64,000 nt of DNA from an uncultured Spirochaetota bacterium (GTDB lineage: Bacteria; Spirochaetota; Spirochaetia; SZUA-6; CAVTHK01): contig CAVTHK010000016.1 in NCBI GenBank assembly GCA_963734495.1, forward strand, positions 96,001-160,000, read 5' to 3'. Position numbers and translations under genes: made by a program. The notes under the pieces were generated by a model. That model had not been told where the DNA came from and did no database searches. It saw only the letters and a list, made by a program, of their open reading frames with translations. Below are positions 30,507 through 40,001 of this stretch, piece after piece (position 1 is the first letter of the stretch; every line of letters begins with the position of its first letter).

Positions 30507-30592
30507 CGCGACCGACCGGACCGGGCCGCACGGCGAACCCGATCCGGCCGCGCGCGACCGACCGGACCGGACCGGACCGCGCGCGACCGACC
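30507..30592. repeat. Short imperfect (G)GACC tandem repeats between dctP and dctQ
   Basis: cgcgaccgaccggacc units recur; run of ggacc. Confidence 0.6.
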
Positions 30593-30681
30593 TCGATCAG
30601 ACGGGTGCGCGAGCCCGCTCGCGCGGCCCCATCAGTCGCGGGACGGCTCCGCGCGAGGCGCGGCGCCGCCCCAGGCTTCCC

Positions 30682-31698
30682 TCAGTTCGCCGCTGCGACA
30701 GGAATCGCGTCGAGCTTCTGGATGATGTTCGGCGGCCAGTCCCTGGAGATCGGGTCGTGCAGGTACGCGTCGAGGACGTGCTGGCGGAAAGCCTGCACGT
30801 CCGGGGTGTAGACGTCGACGCCTTGGCTCCTGAAGAACTCGATCAAGCTCTTCTCTTCCGCGAGCCTGTTCGTGTCGTTGTAGCTGATAGCAGCAGCCGC
30901 GCCGTCCCGGAGCACTTTCTGCTGGTCAGCGGTCAGCGCGTTCCACGTCTGGTCGTTGATCATCAGGAGCAGCCCGTCGACGAGGTGTCCGGTGAGGCAG
31001 ATCTGCTTGGTGACCTCGTAGAACTTCGCCGCCTTGTCTGTGGGAAGGGGATTGTCCTGTCCGTCAACCGTCCCTGTCTGGAGGGCCAGGTATAGCTCGC
31101 TGAATGCCAGTGGCGTGGGGTTGGCACCCAGTGCCTTGCCCAGGAAGATCCAGGCCGGCGAGTCCGGCATCCTGAGCTTCACGCCCTTGAGGTCGTCGGG
31201 CGTGTTGATGCGCCGCGCGAAGCGGAGGTCGAGCTCGCGCGTTCCGAGGTACAGCTCGCCGAGCGTGTGAAACTGGAACTTCTGGTCGATGGTCGAGGCC
31301 CACTGCTTGCCCAGATCGCTGTTCCAGATGGCGGAAAGCTGCGACGGGCTCTTCACGACGTAACCGGCGGTGAGTGGCAGAAGCTCGTTCATGCCGGCCT
31401 GCACCAGGTCCTGCGCGGACTTGTAGCACATCTGGATGTTGTTCCGCTGCATCGCAGCGAACTCGGCGTTGGCCGGAATCAGCGAGCTGTTCGAGTAGAT
31501 CTGGATGTCGAACTGACCGGGCGCGTTCTTGTCTACGTAATTCTTGAAGACGTCGAGAGCCTTGGTGTGCCAGTCCGCCGGCACGGACGTGGTCGAGATC
31601 CTGATCGTGATGGGAGCCGCCGCCAGGAGCGACGGCGTGCCGAATGCCAGCGCGACGAGAACACACCTGATCAACCCTTTGCGAATCGCCGATCTCAT
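30682..31698 (-). CDS. dctP: TRAP transporter substrate-binding protein
   Basis: Signal peptide; DLKGVKLRMP, GANPTP and ELYLALQTGTVDGQDNP. Confidence 0.93.
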   Translation of the reverse strand: MRSAIRKGLIRCVLVALAFGTPSLLAAAPITIRISTTSVPADWHTKALDVFKNYVDKNAPGQFDIQIYSNSSLIPANAEFAAMQRNNIQMCYKSAQDLVQAGMNELLPLTAGYVVKSPSQLSAIWNSDLGKQWASTIDQKFQFHTLGELYLGTRELDLRFARRINTPDDLKGVKLRMPDSPAWIFLGKALGANPTPLAFSELYLALQTGTVDGQDNPLPTDKAAKFYEVTKQICLTGHLVDGLLLMINDQTWNALTADQQKVLRDGAAAAISYNDTNRLAEEKSLIEFFRSQGVDVYTPDVQAFRQHVLDAYLHDPISRDWPPNIIQKLDAIPVAAAN

Positions 31699-32039
31699 GG
31701 TCCCCCCTCGCGTTCCGCAGAACGCTCTCAAATTTGGGCATGTTGTGCTGGTTTTTGCGGGCAGGACTTGCCCCACGAAGTGAATGTACAAACGGGACGC
31801 CCGCAGGACAAACGGCGTCGGGGGGAGGAGGGGAGAGGCGCGGGCAGACGCGTTCGAGCGGCAATGCCAGGGACCGCCGTCGGTTTACTTGAGCGGAGAG
31901 ATCAGGGTATTGATCCCTAACGAAGAGAAGAGCGCGGCCGAGGGTTCGTGGCCGCCGGCGAGGAGCGGCGCCGCCCGGCCAGAATCCGCGCGCGCGGCCC
32001 GGTGCGGCCTCGCAGCGGAACGCCCCCTCGGGCCAGAGC

Positions 32040-32564
32040 TCAGCTAAGGCGAGTGCGCCGGCGCGCCGCCTCCCGGCGAATGAGCCCCGCCACGGCCTGC
32101 AGCTTCTGCCTGCACTTGCGGCTCCTGCCGCGAAGCAGCTCAGCCACGCGCCCCGGCTGCCAGTCGCGCCAGAGCCAGACGGCAAACGTCTCCGCGAAGT
32201 CTTCGACCGGGTGCGTCTCCGCGTAGCGGGACACGTAGTCAGGCCCGCAGCGCCGCGGCTTCGGGCCGCGCCGGTAGGGGCGGTCGTAATCGCCAAAGAG
32301 CGCCCGCAGGCTCCGTCTGTCGGCGCGCGTCAGGCAGGAGGCGGCAAAGTGGTGGCCGAGCTCGTGGATGAGCAGGTAGGCGCGTGAGCGGAACGCGGCG
32401 TACGGCTTGCGGGCGTCCGCGGGGTTCAGCCCGATGGTATCGTTGCGCTCGTCGTGAAAGGACTCCTCGCGCACGACGCGGATGCGCCGGACTCCGTCGA
32501 AGACGGGGCCCAGACCGATGCCGCGAAAGTAGGCCTCGACCCTGGCGATAGAGCGCTGGAACAC
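32040..32564 (-). CDS. Putative zinc-binding metallopeptidase
   Basis: HELGH plus YVSRYAETHPVEDFAETFAVWL. Confidence 0.8.
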   Translation of the reverse strand: MFQRSIARVEAYFRGIGLGPVFDGVRRIRVVREESFHDERNDTIGLNPADARKPYAAFRSRAYLLIHELGHHFAASCLTRADRRSLRALFGDYDRPYRRGPKPRRCGPDYVSRYAETHPVEDFAETFAVWLWRDWQPGRVAELLRGRSRKCRQKLQAVAGLIRREAARRRTRLS

Positions 32565-32625
32565 CGCGGGATGGTATCATGGCCCGGGCAGGCCTTGCAG
32601 TGCCCCGCGAGGTGCGGAGGTTCCC

Positions 32626-34152
32626 ATGGCTACGGAAGAAAAGGTGAAGGTTTTCGAGCGGGCATCCTTCATCAAGGCTTTCCTCAAAGCCTTCGAGGAG
32701 ATGCCGCATCGGGGGGCGGGCACGTCTTTCGAGCCGCGTTCAGCCCGCATCCTCACGGAGCTCGCGGGCCGACGCCTCGCGGGGAGCGTCGAGGCCCAGC
32801 CTTTCGCGATCGACCTCTCGAGCGGCGCGTGGAACGTCGCTGTTCACGGTGTGGTCCTGCTGGGGTCGCTCGCGTTTCTCTGGGCGACCGGGCTGTTCGT
32901 CGGGCGGGCGTGGAGCGCCGGGCGCAATCCGGTGGACTTCGGGCCCCTCGGGGTCCTTGCGTGGCCTGTCGTCGCCGCCTGCCTGGCCGTCTGCCTCACC
33001 GTGCTCGGGTCGCGCTTCTGCGCCGGATGGAGGGGCTGGACGCTCCTCTCCTTTCTCGTGCCCAACGCCGATTCCACGAACGTCATCGTGAGCACGCTGC
33101 CTCCCGCGGACCTCGACGAGCTGCGCCTCGAGCCCGAGACGGCGTGGCGGCGGCGGTTCGAGAAAAGCCGAGCCGAGCGGCTCGTGATCTTCTCGGCCCA
33201 CTACGACTCCGCCCGGTGCCTCTCGCTCGCGCCGCGGCGGCGCACGCCCAAGTTCCTCCGCGCCGCGGTCAAGAACGGCATCGGCACTCTCCCGACGGCG
33301 GCGCAGTTCCTGCTGATCGCATTCTTTATCGTCATGACGCTGCTCTCGTGGACGGGCAGGGCACCTCGGGTTCTTGCCTCTCCCTGGGCGACCGTCGCCA
33401 TCCTCGCTTTCGTTGCGGCCGTGATGGCGGCGACCATCGCCGAGGCGGCGCTGTCGCTGCGCTCGGCCAACCTTCCGTTCTGCCCGGGGTTCAACGACAA
33501 CCTCTCCGCTGTCGCCGCGGTCTTCGACGTGCTTGCCGAGACCATGGCGAAAACGGCTGTCACCGCCGAAGACCGGATCGCCTGTCCGAACCCGGCGCGG
33601 CCTCTCGCGGCGCTCTCGCGCAGGACGGCTTTCATGGCGGTGTTTACCGGGTCGGAAGAGAACGGCCTTCGGGGCTCGATCGAGTTCGGCCGGCGCATTC
33701 TCCGCGCCGCGAGCAGAGCCTTCGGGCTCGGTCGGCTGCTGCTCGTGAACCTCGACAGCGTGTCAGGCGGGCGCCTGCTGGCGGTGAATGCCGAGCACAC
33801 GTTTGCCGGGTTCGTGCGAAAGGGAGACCGGCGCTTCCTCGAAGCGGCCCGGCCGATCCTCGAGACGCAGCGCGTTGTCGATGGCCACAGCTATGCCATC
33901 GAGGTGCAGGACGGTCCGCTTGAGGCCTGCACGGACCTTACGGGTTTCGCGCGAGCGTCGTTCGGAGGCAGGCTCAGGGCCTTCTCGATCTCGTCGAAGG
34001 ACAAGAACGACGAGCCGCGCGACTATCACCTGCCGAGCGACGGGCCGGCGACGCTCCTCGGCGACCCGGCGAACGTAGGGACGATCGTCGCGGTCGCCGA
34101 GGCGCTCAAGGACATCCTCGAGGCTGCGGACAAGGGTCTGCTGGACGGGTAG
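32626..34152 (+). CDS. Membrane-embedded M28 family peptidase
   Basis: SAHYDS, GFNDNLS, GSEENG, NLDS and YH..SD; four hydrophobic segments. Confidence 0.8.
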   Translation: MATEEKVKVFERASFIKAFLKAFEEMPHRGAGTSFEPRSARILTELAGRRLAGSVEAQPFAIDLSSGAWNVAVHGVVLLGSLAFLWATGLFVGRAWSAGRNPVDFGPLGVLAWPVVAACLAVCLTVLGSRFCAGWRGWTLLSFLVPNADSTNVIVSTLPPADLDELRLEPETAWRRRFEKSRAERLVIFSAHYDSARCLSLAPRRRTPKFLRAAVKNGIGTLPTAAQFLLIAFFIVMTLLSWTGRAPRVLASPWATVAILAFVAAVMAATIAEAALSLRSANLPFCPGFNDNLSAVAAVFDVLAETMAKTAVTAEDRIACPNPARPLAALSRRTAFMAVFTGSEENGLRGSIEFGRRILRAASRAFGLGRLLLVNLDSVSGGRLLAVNAEHTFAGFVRKGDRRFLEAARPILETQRVVDGHSYAIEVQDGPLEACTDLTGFARASFGGRLRAFSISSKDKNDEPRDYHLPSDGPATLLGDPANVGTIVAVAEALKDILEAADKGLLDG

Positions 34153-34198
34153 CGCGCGGCCGGCGCGAGGCCCGCACGGCGCACTGATCCGCCGAGCG

Positions 34199-35326
34199 TC
34201 ACCGCGCCCAGGACGGCACGTACTCCCGGGCGTGGCGGTACATCGTCAGGACGTTTTCCACCGGCACGTCGGGCTGAATATTGTGCACAGCCGACAGGAC
34301 GTACCCCCCGCCGCTGCCGAGCGCTTCGATGCGGCGTTCCACTTCGGCGCGCACTTCGTCGAGCGACCCGAAGGGCAGCACGCGCTGCGTGTCCACCGCG
34401 CCCCAGAACGCGAGCCGGCCGCGGTAGGCCTTCTTCAAGACTTCCGGGTCCATGCCCGCTGCGGTGACCTGCACCGGGTTGAGGACCTCGACGCCGATGT
34501 CGACCAGGTCGCCGACGATGTCGGCCACGGAACCGCAGCTGTGAAAAAACACCTTGGCGGGAGACATCTCGTGCATCAGGCGGAAGTACTGCTCGTGCCT
34601 CGGCTTGAACAGGCTGCGGTAGGTCTCGGGCGAGACCATCAGCCCGCCCTGCAGGCCGAGGTCGTCGGAGCCCACGAGCACGTCGACCTGGTCGCCGATC
34701 TCGCGGAGGATCGCGCGGCAGATGGCGAGGCTCACTTCGAGAACGGCGTCGAACAGCGCGCACGCGAGCTTCGGGTCCGCGGCCAGGTCGACGAACCAGT
34801 CCTCGAAGCCCCGCAGGTACTGGCTCGTGTGGACAAAGGCGCTCGGCAGGTTCAGGGCGATCGCGCAGTCCGTGGTCTCGCGAATCGCTCGCACGCGGTC
34901 GCGAAGGCCCGCCACCCGGACCGGGTCGTCCGGGTCCGGCCAGGCGTACCCCGCGATGTCCGAGAGATCGATCGAGCCCGAGAGCGGGAAGCGCACCTGG
35001 TCGTAATAGAGCGCGCCGGGGGGCTGGACGCGCTCGACGCCCCACTCGTCGCGATAGGCGCGCTCACCCGTGGCTGTGTCGGCGGGCGCGGCGGGAAAGA
35101 CCCCGCGCGCGTCGACGTCGAGCGCCTCGAGGACACTCTCCTCGACTGCGACTGATCTCATCATCCGGCTGGTGAGCACAGGATCGACGCCGATGCCCAG
35201 GCGTCCGCCGAGCCGCTTGTAGGCCTCGACGACGAGGCTGGTGTTCCTCGTGGCCCCCAGGTCTATCGGCACGCGGTCCGGCTGCCTGTGCGAGAGCGCC
35301 GCCACGACGCGTTCCCTGTGAGTCAT
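34199..35326 (-). CDS. Uroporphyrinogen decarboxylase family (MtaA/CmuA-like) protein
   Basis: PDRVPID, DEWG, YLRG, DDLG.Q, FHSCG, LNPVQ and HNIQPDVP. Confidence 0.88.
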   Translation of the reverse strand: MTHRERVVAALSHRQPDRVPIDLGATRNTSLVVEAYKRLGGRLGIGVDPVLTSRMMRSVAVEESVLEALDVDARGVFPAAPADTATGERAYRDEWGVERVQPPGALYYDQVRFPLSGSIDLSDIAGYAWPDPDDPVRVAGLRDRVRAIRETTDCAIALNLPSAFVHTSQYLRGFEDWFVDLAADPKLACALFDAVLEVSLAICRAILREIGDQVDVLVGSDDLGLQGGLMVSPETYRSLFKPRHEQYFRLMHEMSPAKVFFHSCGSVADIVGDLVDIGVEVLNPVQVTAAGMDPEVLKKAYRGRLAFWGAVDTQRVLPFGSLDEVRAEVERRIEALGSGGGYVLSAVHNIQPDVPVENVLTMYRHAREYVPSWAR

Positions 35327-35424
35327 CCCTTCCCCCTTTTGCCGCGGCGGGCGCGGGACCCGCAGGACCGCGGCGCTTGACAAGCCCGACCCGCGCGAGG
35401 CTCCTGAAAGCCCAGGAGGTCGCC

Positions 35425-36363
35425 ATGGCGAAATCAAGACAAGCCGCAAAGCGCCCGCGGATCACGAACCTGTCGCATATCGCACTCTATGCCCGGGATG
35501 TGGAGAGGTCAATCTCGTTCTACGGGGAGGTTCTCGGGTACCACGATGTGCTTCGCCGGACTGGGCCCGACGGCAGGGTGGAGCTGGCCCGGGTCAGGAT
35601 CAACGATCGGCAGTACGTCGAGCTGCTGCCCGAGCGCGAGCCGAACACCGACCGCCTGCACAAGTTCGGGTTCGTGACGGACGACGCGGAGGCGATGCGC
35701 GCGTACCTCGCGAGCGAAGGGGTCAAAGTGCCCGCGACAGTGTCGGGAGGGCGCGGAGAAAACGCCTGGTTCTCCGTGGAGGATCCCGACGGTCACACGG
35801 TCGAGCTGACCCAGTACGACCCGGGCGCCTGGCCGATGCGCCGCGGCGCAGCCGCCGGAGCCGCCGGAGCCACGGGAACCAAGGGAACCGCGCAAGGCGC
35901 CGATACCCTCGACGTCGAGCGGATCTCGACGTGCCTCATGCACATAGGCTTCACTTCGTACTCCCTGGACAAGTCGATGGCCTTCTACCGTGACGTCCTG
36001 GGATGCAAGGAGATGTGGCGCGGGAGCCGCGACCGGAAGCAGCTCTCCTGGGTGCAATTGACGCTGCCGGACAGCATCGACTACATCGAGTTCATGCTGT
36101 ACGACGCCCCCCCTCTGCTGGAGCGGCTCGGGGTGCTCAACCACTTCGGCCTCGAAGTCCCCGACATCCGCAACGCGAGGGAGCTGCTCGAAGGCCGCCG
36201 GGGCTTCGCCGGCTACGCGCGGCCGCTGGAGCCCGTGATCGGTGTCTGTCATCACAGGATCCTCAACACCTTCGACCCGGACGGGTCGCGGGCCGAGCTG
36301 ATGGAGCGCGCGACGTACGACGGACTGCCGAGGCCCTCCACTCACGAGCCGCCTCCGCGGTGA
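35425..36363 (+). CDS. Two-domain VOC (glyoxalase-like) protein
   Basis: LSHIAL..FY..VLG and DPDGHTVEL; second domain HIGF..FYRDVLG and DPDGSRAEL. Confidence 0.85.
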   Translation: MAKSRQAAKRPRITNLSHIALYARDVERSISFYGEVLGYHDVLRRTGPDGRVELARVRINDRQYVELLPEREPNTDRLHKFGFVTDDAEAMRAYLASEGVKVPATVSGGRGENAWFSVEDPDGHTVELTQYDPGAWPMRRGAAAGAAGATGTKGTAQGADTLDVERISTCLMHIGFTSYSLDKSMAFYRDVLGCKEMWRGSRDRKQLSWVQLTLPDSIDYIEFMLYDAPPLLERLGVLNHFGLEVPDIRNARELLEGRRGFAGYARPLEPVIGVCHHRILNTFDPDGSRAELMERATYDGLPRPSTHEPPPR

Positions 36364-36373
36364 CCAGGGGCGC

Positions 36374-36450
36374 CCAATCATGACGCCAATCCCGCCAATC
36401 GTGTCCAATCGTGAGCGAATCTTGACCGCGGAGTGGAGACCTGCTAAGCT
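36374..36450 (+). promoter_or_regulatory. Phased CCAATC repeats abutting a sigma70-type promoter
   Basis: CCAATC at 36374, 36386, 36395 and 36405; CGAATC at 36416; TTGACC-N17-TAAGCT at 36422-36450. Confidence 0.65.
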
Positions 36451-36568
36451 CCGAAAGCGTCTGCGGACCGAAGAACGCAGAGTTTGAGCGAATGACGATC
36501 GAAGAGAAAGCAACCGTTGGTTGTTTCGTCAAGGCAGTGAACTCGAGGGACTCAGGAAAGGAGCCACT

Positions 36569-37816
36569 ATGAAGAGAATCTTGGGGATCAGCATGATCTT
36601 CGTGCTGATGGTCGGCTTCGTCGCGCTGGCGGAGGGCGGGAAAGAGCCTGCCGCTTCGGCAAAGGCGCCTGTGGAGCTCACGGTGTGGATGGGCAGCTGG
36701 TGGAGCGACAAGGCCCCGCTCATCGTCAAGGAGTTCGAGAAGGCCTTCCCGCAGTACAAGCTCAAGCCGGACACGCTGCCGATCAACGGCTACTTCGACA
36801 ACGCGGTCACGGCGATCCTCGCGGGGAGCCCGCCGGACATCCTCGACATCGACATCACGCAGGTTGCGACCTTTGCGGGCAAGAACCTGCTCACCGACAT
36901 CACGGCGGACGTCGAGCCCAAGCTCAAGGCCGCTGACTTCGTCAAGACCTGCTGGGACTACAGCCACTTCAAGGGCAAGATGTACGGCATGCCCAACCGC
37001 GGCACGGGCGGCGTCTACTTCTACAACAAGAACATGTTCGACGCGGCCGGCGTCGCGTACCCCACTGACTCCTGGAACTGGGACGACGCGCTCACGATGG
37101 CCAAGAAGATCACGGTCCCCGGCCAGAAGTACGGGATCGGGATCGCGGCGGACCTGAGCGACCCCAACAACGTCTGGTCGTCCTTCGCGCCGGTCCTCTG
37201 GGGCTTCGGCGGCGAGTTCATGAACGCGGACAGGACCAAGTCGACCATGGACACGCCCAACGCGATCAAGGGGATCACGTACTGGACCGAGCTCCTCACC
37301 AAGTGGAAGGTCGCCCCGGAAGGCAGCGTCAACTACACCATCTCGAGGGACTGCGTGCCGCTGTTCCAGGCGAACAAGCTCGCGATGCTGCCCTTCGGTG
37401 TGAGCGGCGCCATCACCTTTGATGCCACGCCCGGCCTCAAGTGGGGCCTGGTGCAGGTTCCGCTCGGAAACAACCGCGGCGGCGGCTGGACCTACACCGT
37501 TCCCGTGTCGGCCAAGCACAAGAAGGACGCCATCAACTACCTGCTCTGGTTCGCCAAGCCGGAGATCCAGGCGCCCCTGTGCGCGACGGAGCCGTCGGTG
37601 ATCGCGGCCTGGAGCATGGCCGCGCCGTGGAACACGCCGATCTACCTGCAGATGCTCAAAGCCGCCAGGAGCGCAAGGGCGCTGCCGGACACCGCCAAGT
37701 GGGGCGAGGCCTCGACCCTCATGATCAAGGAATTGCAGAAGGGGCTCCAGGGGCAGAAGACCCCCGAGCAGGTCGGCAAGGACATGACGGCCCTCGTCGA
37801 CCCGATCCTCAAGTAG
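36569..37816 (+). CDS. Sugar ABC substrate-binding protein
   Basis: Signal peptide with AEGGKE; GSPPDI, GKMYGMP and FYNKNMF. Confidence 0.92.
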   Translation: MKRILGISMIFVLMVGFVALAEGGKEPAASAKAPVELTVWMGSWWSDKAPLIVKEFEKAFPQYKLKPDTLPINGYFDNAVTAILAGSPPDILDIDITQVATFAGKNLLTDITADVEPKLKAADFVKTCWDYSHFKGKMYGMPNRGTGGVYFYNKNMFDAAGVAYPTDSWNWDDALTMAKKITVPGQKYGIGIAADLSDPNNVWSSFAPVLWGFGGEFMNADRTKSTMDTPNAIKGITYWTELLTKWKVAPEGSVNYTISRDCVPLFQANKLAMLPFGVSGAITFDATPGLKWGLVQVPLGNNRGGGWTYTVPVSAKHKKDAINYLLWFAKPEIQAPLCATEPSVIAAWSMAAPWNTPIYLQMLKAARSARALPDTAKWGEASTLMIKELQKGLQGQKTPEQVGKDMTALVDPILK

Positions 37817-37839
37817 TGTCAGCGACCGCGTAGCGTCGT

Positions 37840-37878
37840 CGCGGCCGGTCTCCGCCTCGGAGACCGGCCGCGTTTTCC
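37840..37878 (+). terminator. 15-bp stem-loop after the SBP gene (attenuator or mRNA stabiliser)
   Basis: CGCGGCCGGTCTCCG-cct-CGGAGACCGGCCGCG-TTTT. Confidence 0.6.
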
Positions 37879-37925
37879 AGGTACCGCATCCGCCGGATAG
37901 CGCGTCCGGGGTGGAGGAACACGCG

Positions 37926-38846
37926 ATGCCCGACACCTTGACCACGACCGCCCGAAGGCGACTGATCGGCACCCTCCTCGTCCTGCCGTGCACCATCGTG
38001 CTGCTGCTCATGATGGCGTACCCCGTGGTGCAGACCTTCTTCTTCAGCTTTTCCAACATCGAGCTTCCGGGCTTCAAGCTGAGCTTCGCGCGGCTGGACA
38101 ACTTTGTCAGGGCGTTCACCAAGCCCGAGGTGAGCGTCGTCATCAGGAACACGATCGTGTGGACGCTCCTGTCCACGTTCTTCCGACTGCTCCTCGGGCT
38201 TCTCTGCGCCCTCGTCATGAACGCGAACGTGCCGGGGGTCGGGGTCCTCAGGGTCATCGCGCTGCTGCCGTGGACCATGCCGATCATCGTCTCCTCCAAC
38301 TCCTGGAGGTGGATGCTCGCCAGCGACTACGGCGTGATCAACGGCACGCTCAAGGTCCTGGGGCTCGACAAGCTCGCGCTGAACTGGCTGGCGAGCTCGC
38401 AGACGGCGCTCGGGTCGGTCCTCGTCGCCTCGACCTGGGTCGGGTACGCGTTCATCATGATGATGCTGCTCTCCGCGATGCAGGCCCTCTCGAAGGACCT
38501 GTACGAGGCGGCGCGCATCGACGGCGCCCGCGGGTTCCAGCTCTTCCGCTACATAACGCTGCCGGGGATCAGGCCGGTCCTCCTGGTGGTCCTTACGCTG
38601 GAGACGATCAGCGCCATCAACGCGTTCGACATGATCTTCGTAATGACCGGCGGCGGGCCGGGCGGCTCCACCGAGATCATGGGCCTGTTCGTCTACAGGC
38701 TGGCGTTCGGCAACTTCGACTTCGGGGCCGCGTCGGCCGTGAGCGTCGTCTTGATCCTGATAGCGCTGGTGGGCTTCAGCCTGTATGGTCCGGCCCGCGC
38801 GATGATCGGCAAGAAGGGCGACGGGACCGAGGGCGAAGCCCCGTGA
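37926..38846 (+). CDS. Sugar ABC permease
   Basis: LYEAARIDGA and MTGGGPG. Confidence 0.92.
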   Translation: MPDTLTTTARRRLIGTLLVLPCTIVLLLMMAYPVVQTFFFSFSNIELPGFKLSFARLDNFVRAFTKPEVSVVIRNTIVWTLLSTFFRLLLGLLCALVMNANVPGVGVLRVIALLPWTMPIIVSSNSWRWMLASDYGVINGTLKVLGLDKLALNWLASSQTALGSVLVASTWVGYAFIMMMLLSAMQALSKDLYEAARIDGARGFQLFRYITLPGIRPVLLVVLTLETISAINAFDMIFVMTGGGPGGSTEIMGLFVYRLAFGNFDFGAASAVSVVLILIALVGFSLYGPARAMIGKKGDGTEGEAP

Positions 38847-38868
38847 CCGGGTCGAGTGAGGTGACACC

Positions 38869-39717
38869 ATGAGGAAGGCGCGTATTTCAAGCAGGAGGAT
38901 GCTCTACTACGTCCTGATCTACGGCGCGGCTTTCCTGATCTGCGTGTGGAGCGTGATCCCGGTCCTCTGGAGCGTGAGCACCTCGCTCAAGCCGGAGGCG
39001 GCGATCTTCTCGCAGCCGCCGGCGTGGATCCCGGGCGAAGTTTCGTTCGAGCACTATCGGGCGGTGTTCGCGGATCCGAGGATGCTGAGGTACTTCTACA
39101 ACTCGTTCGTCACCGCGGCGTTGTCCACGATCATCGCGCTGATCGTCGGAATCCTCGGCGCCTACGGGTTCTCCCGCTACAAGTTCCCGGGATCCAAGAG
39201 CATCATGATCTCGATCCTCCTCACGCGCATGCTCCCGAGGGTGGCGCTGATCGTCCCGTTCTTCGTCACGCTGCAGAAGATCCACCTCTACAACACGCGT
39301 CCCGGCCTCACCCTGGTCTTCCTGATCATAACGATGCCGCTCTCGATCTGGCTCCTCAAGGGCTTCTTCGACGGCGTGCCGATCGAGATCGAAGAGGCGG
39401 CGATCGTCGACGGGTGCTCCCCGCTCGGCGTGCTGCTGAGGATCGTCGTCCCCGTCACGCTGCCCGCGATCGGGTCCGTCGGCATGTACGTGTTCATCAC
39501 GGCGTGGAACGAGTTCCTGTTCGCCTTGACGATGACCAAGGGGCTGCCGCTGCGGACCATCTCGGTCGGCCTCGCCTTCTTCATCGATGAGTTCGGGATC
39601 CGGTGGGGCCAGCTCATGGCCGCGTCGGTGCTGATGAGCATCCCCGCGATCCTCGTGTTCACGCTCTTCCAGAAGAGCCTGATCAAGGGACTGAGCGAGG
39701 GAGCGGTCAAAGGCTAA
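38869..39717 (+). CDS. Sugar ABC permease
   Basis: EIEEAAIVDG, AWNEF and GAVKG. Confidence 0.92.
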   Translation: MRKARISSRRMLYYVLIYGAAFLICVWSVIPVLWSVSTSLKPEAAIFSQPPAWIPGEVSFEHYRAVFADPRMLRYFYNSFVTAALSTIIALIVGILGAYGFSRYKFPGSKSIMISILLTRMLPRVALIVPFFVTLQKIHLYNTRPGLTLVFLIITMPLSIWLLKGFFDGVPIEIEEAAIVDGCSPLGVLLRIVVPVTLPAIGSVGMYVFITAWNEFLFALTMTKGLPLRTISVGLAFFIDEFGIRWGQLMAASVLMSIPAILVFTLFQKSLIKGLSEGAVKG

Positions 39718-40001
39718 AGTTGAAGGAAGGCAGGCGGCGGCGGCCCGGCCGGCTAGCGGGGCGCCGCGTGCTCATTCGGGCGGGCGACCGCCCGGCGGGG
39801 CACGCCACGCGCGGTCTGCCACTCTGTCCGGCCGCCTGGATGCGGCTGTCTGCGCCGCTGCCGCCTTCCAGGCCCCCGCGAGGTCTGCCTCTGCGGCAAT
39901 TCCAGCCGGGCCCGCGCTCGTCTGCCGCGACGACTTCTCAGGGGGCGACGCACGACGCCCGATACGGCCCGGACGCTCAGGCGACCCGCGGCTGATGGTC
40001 T

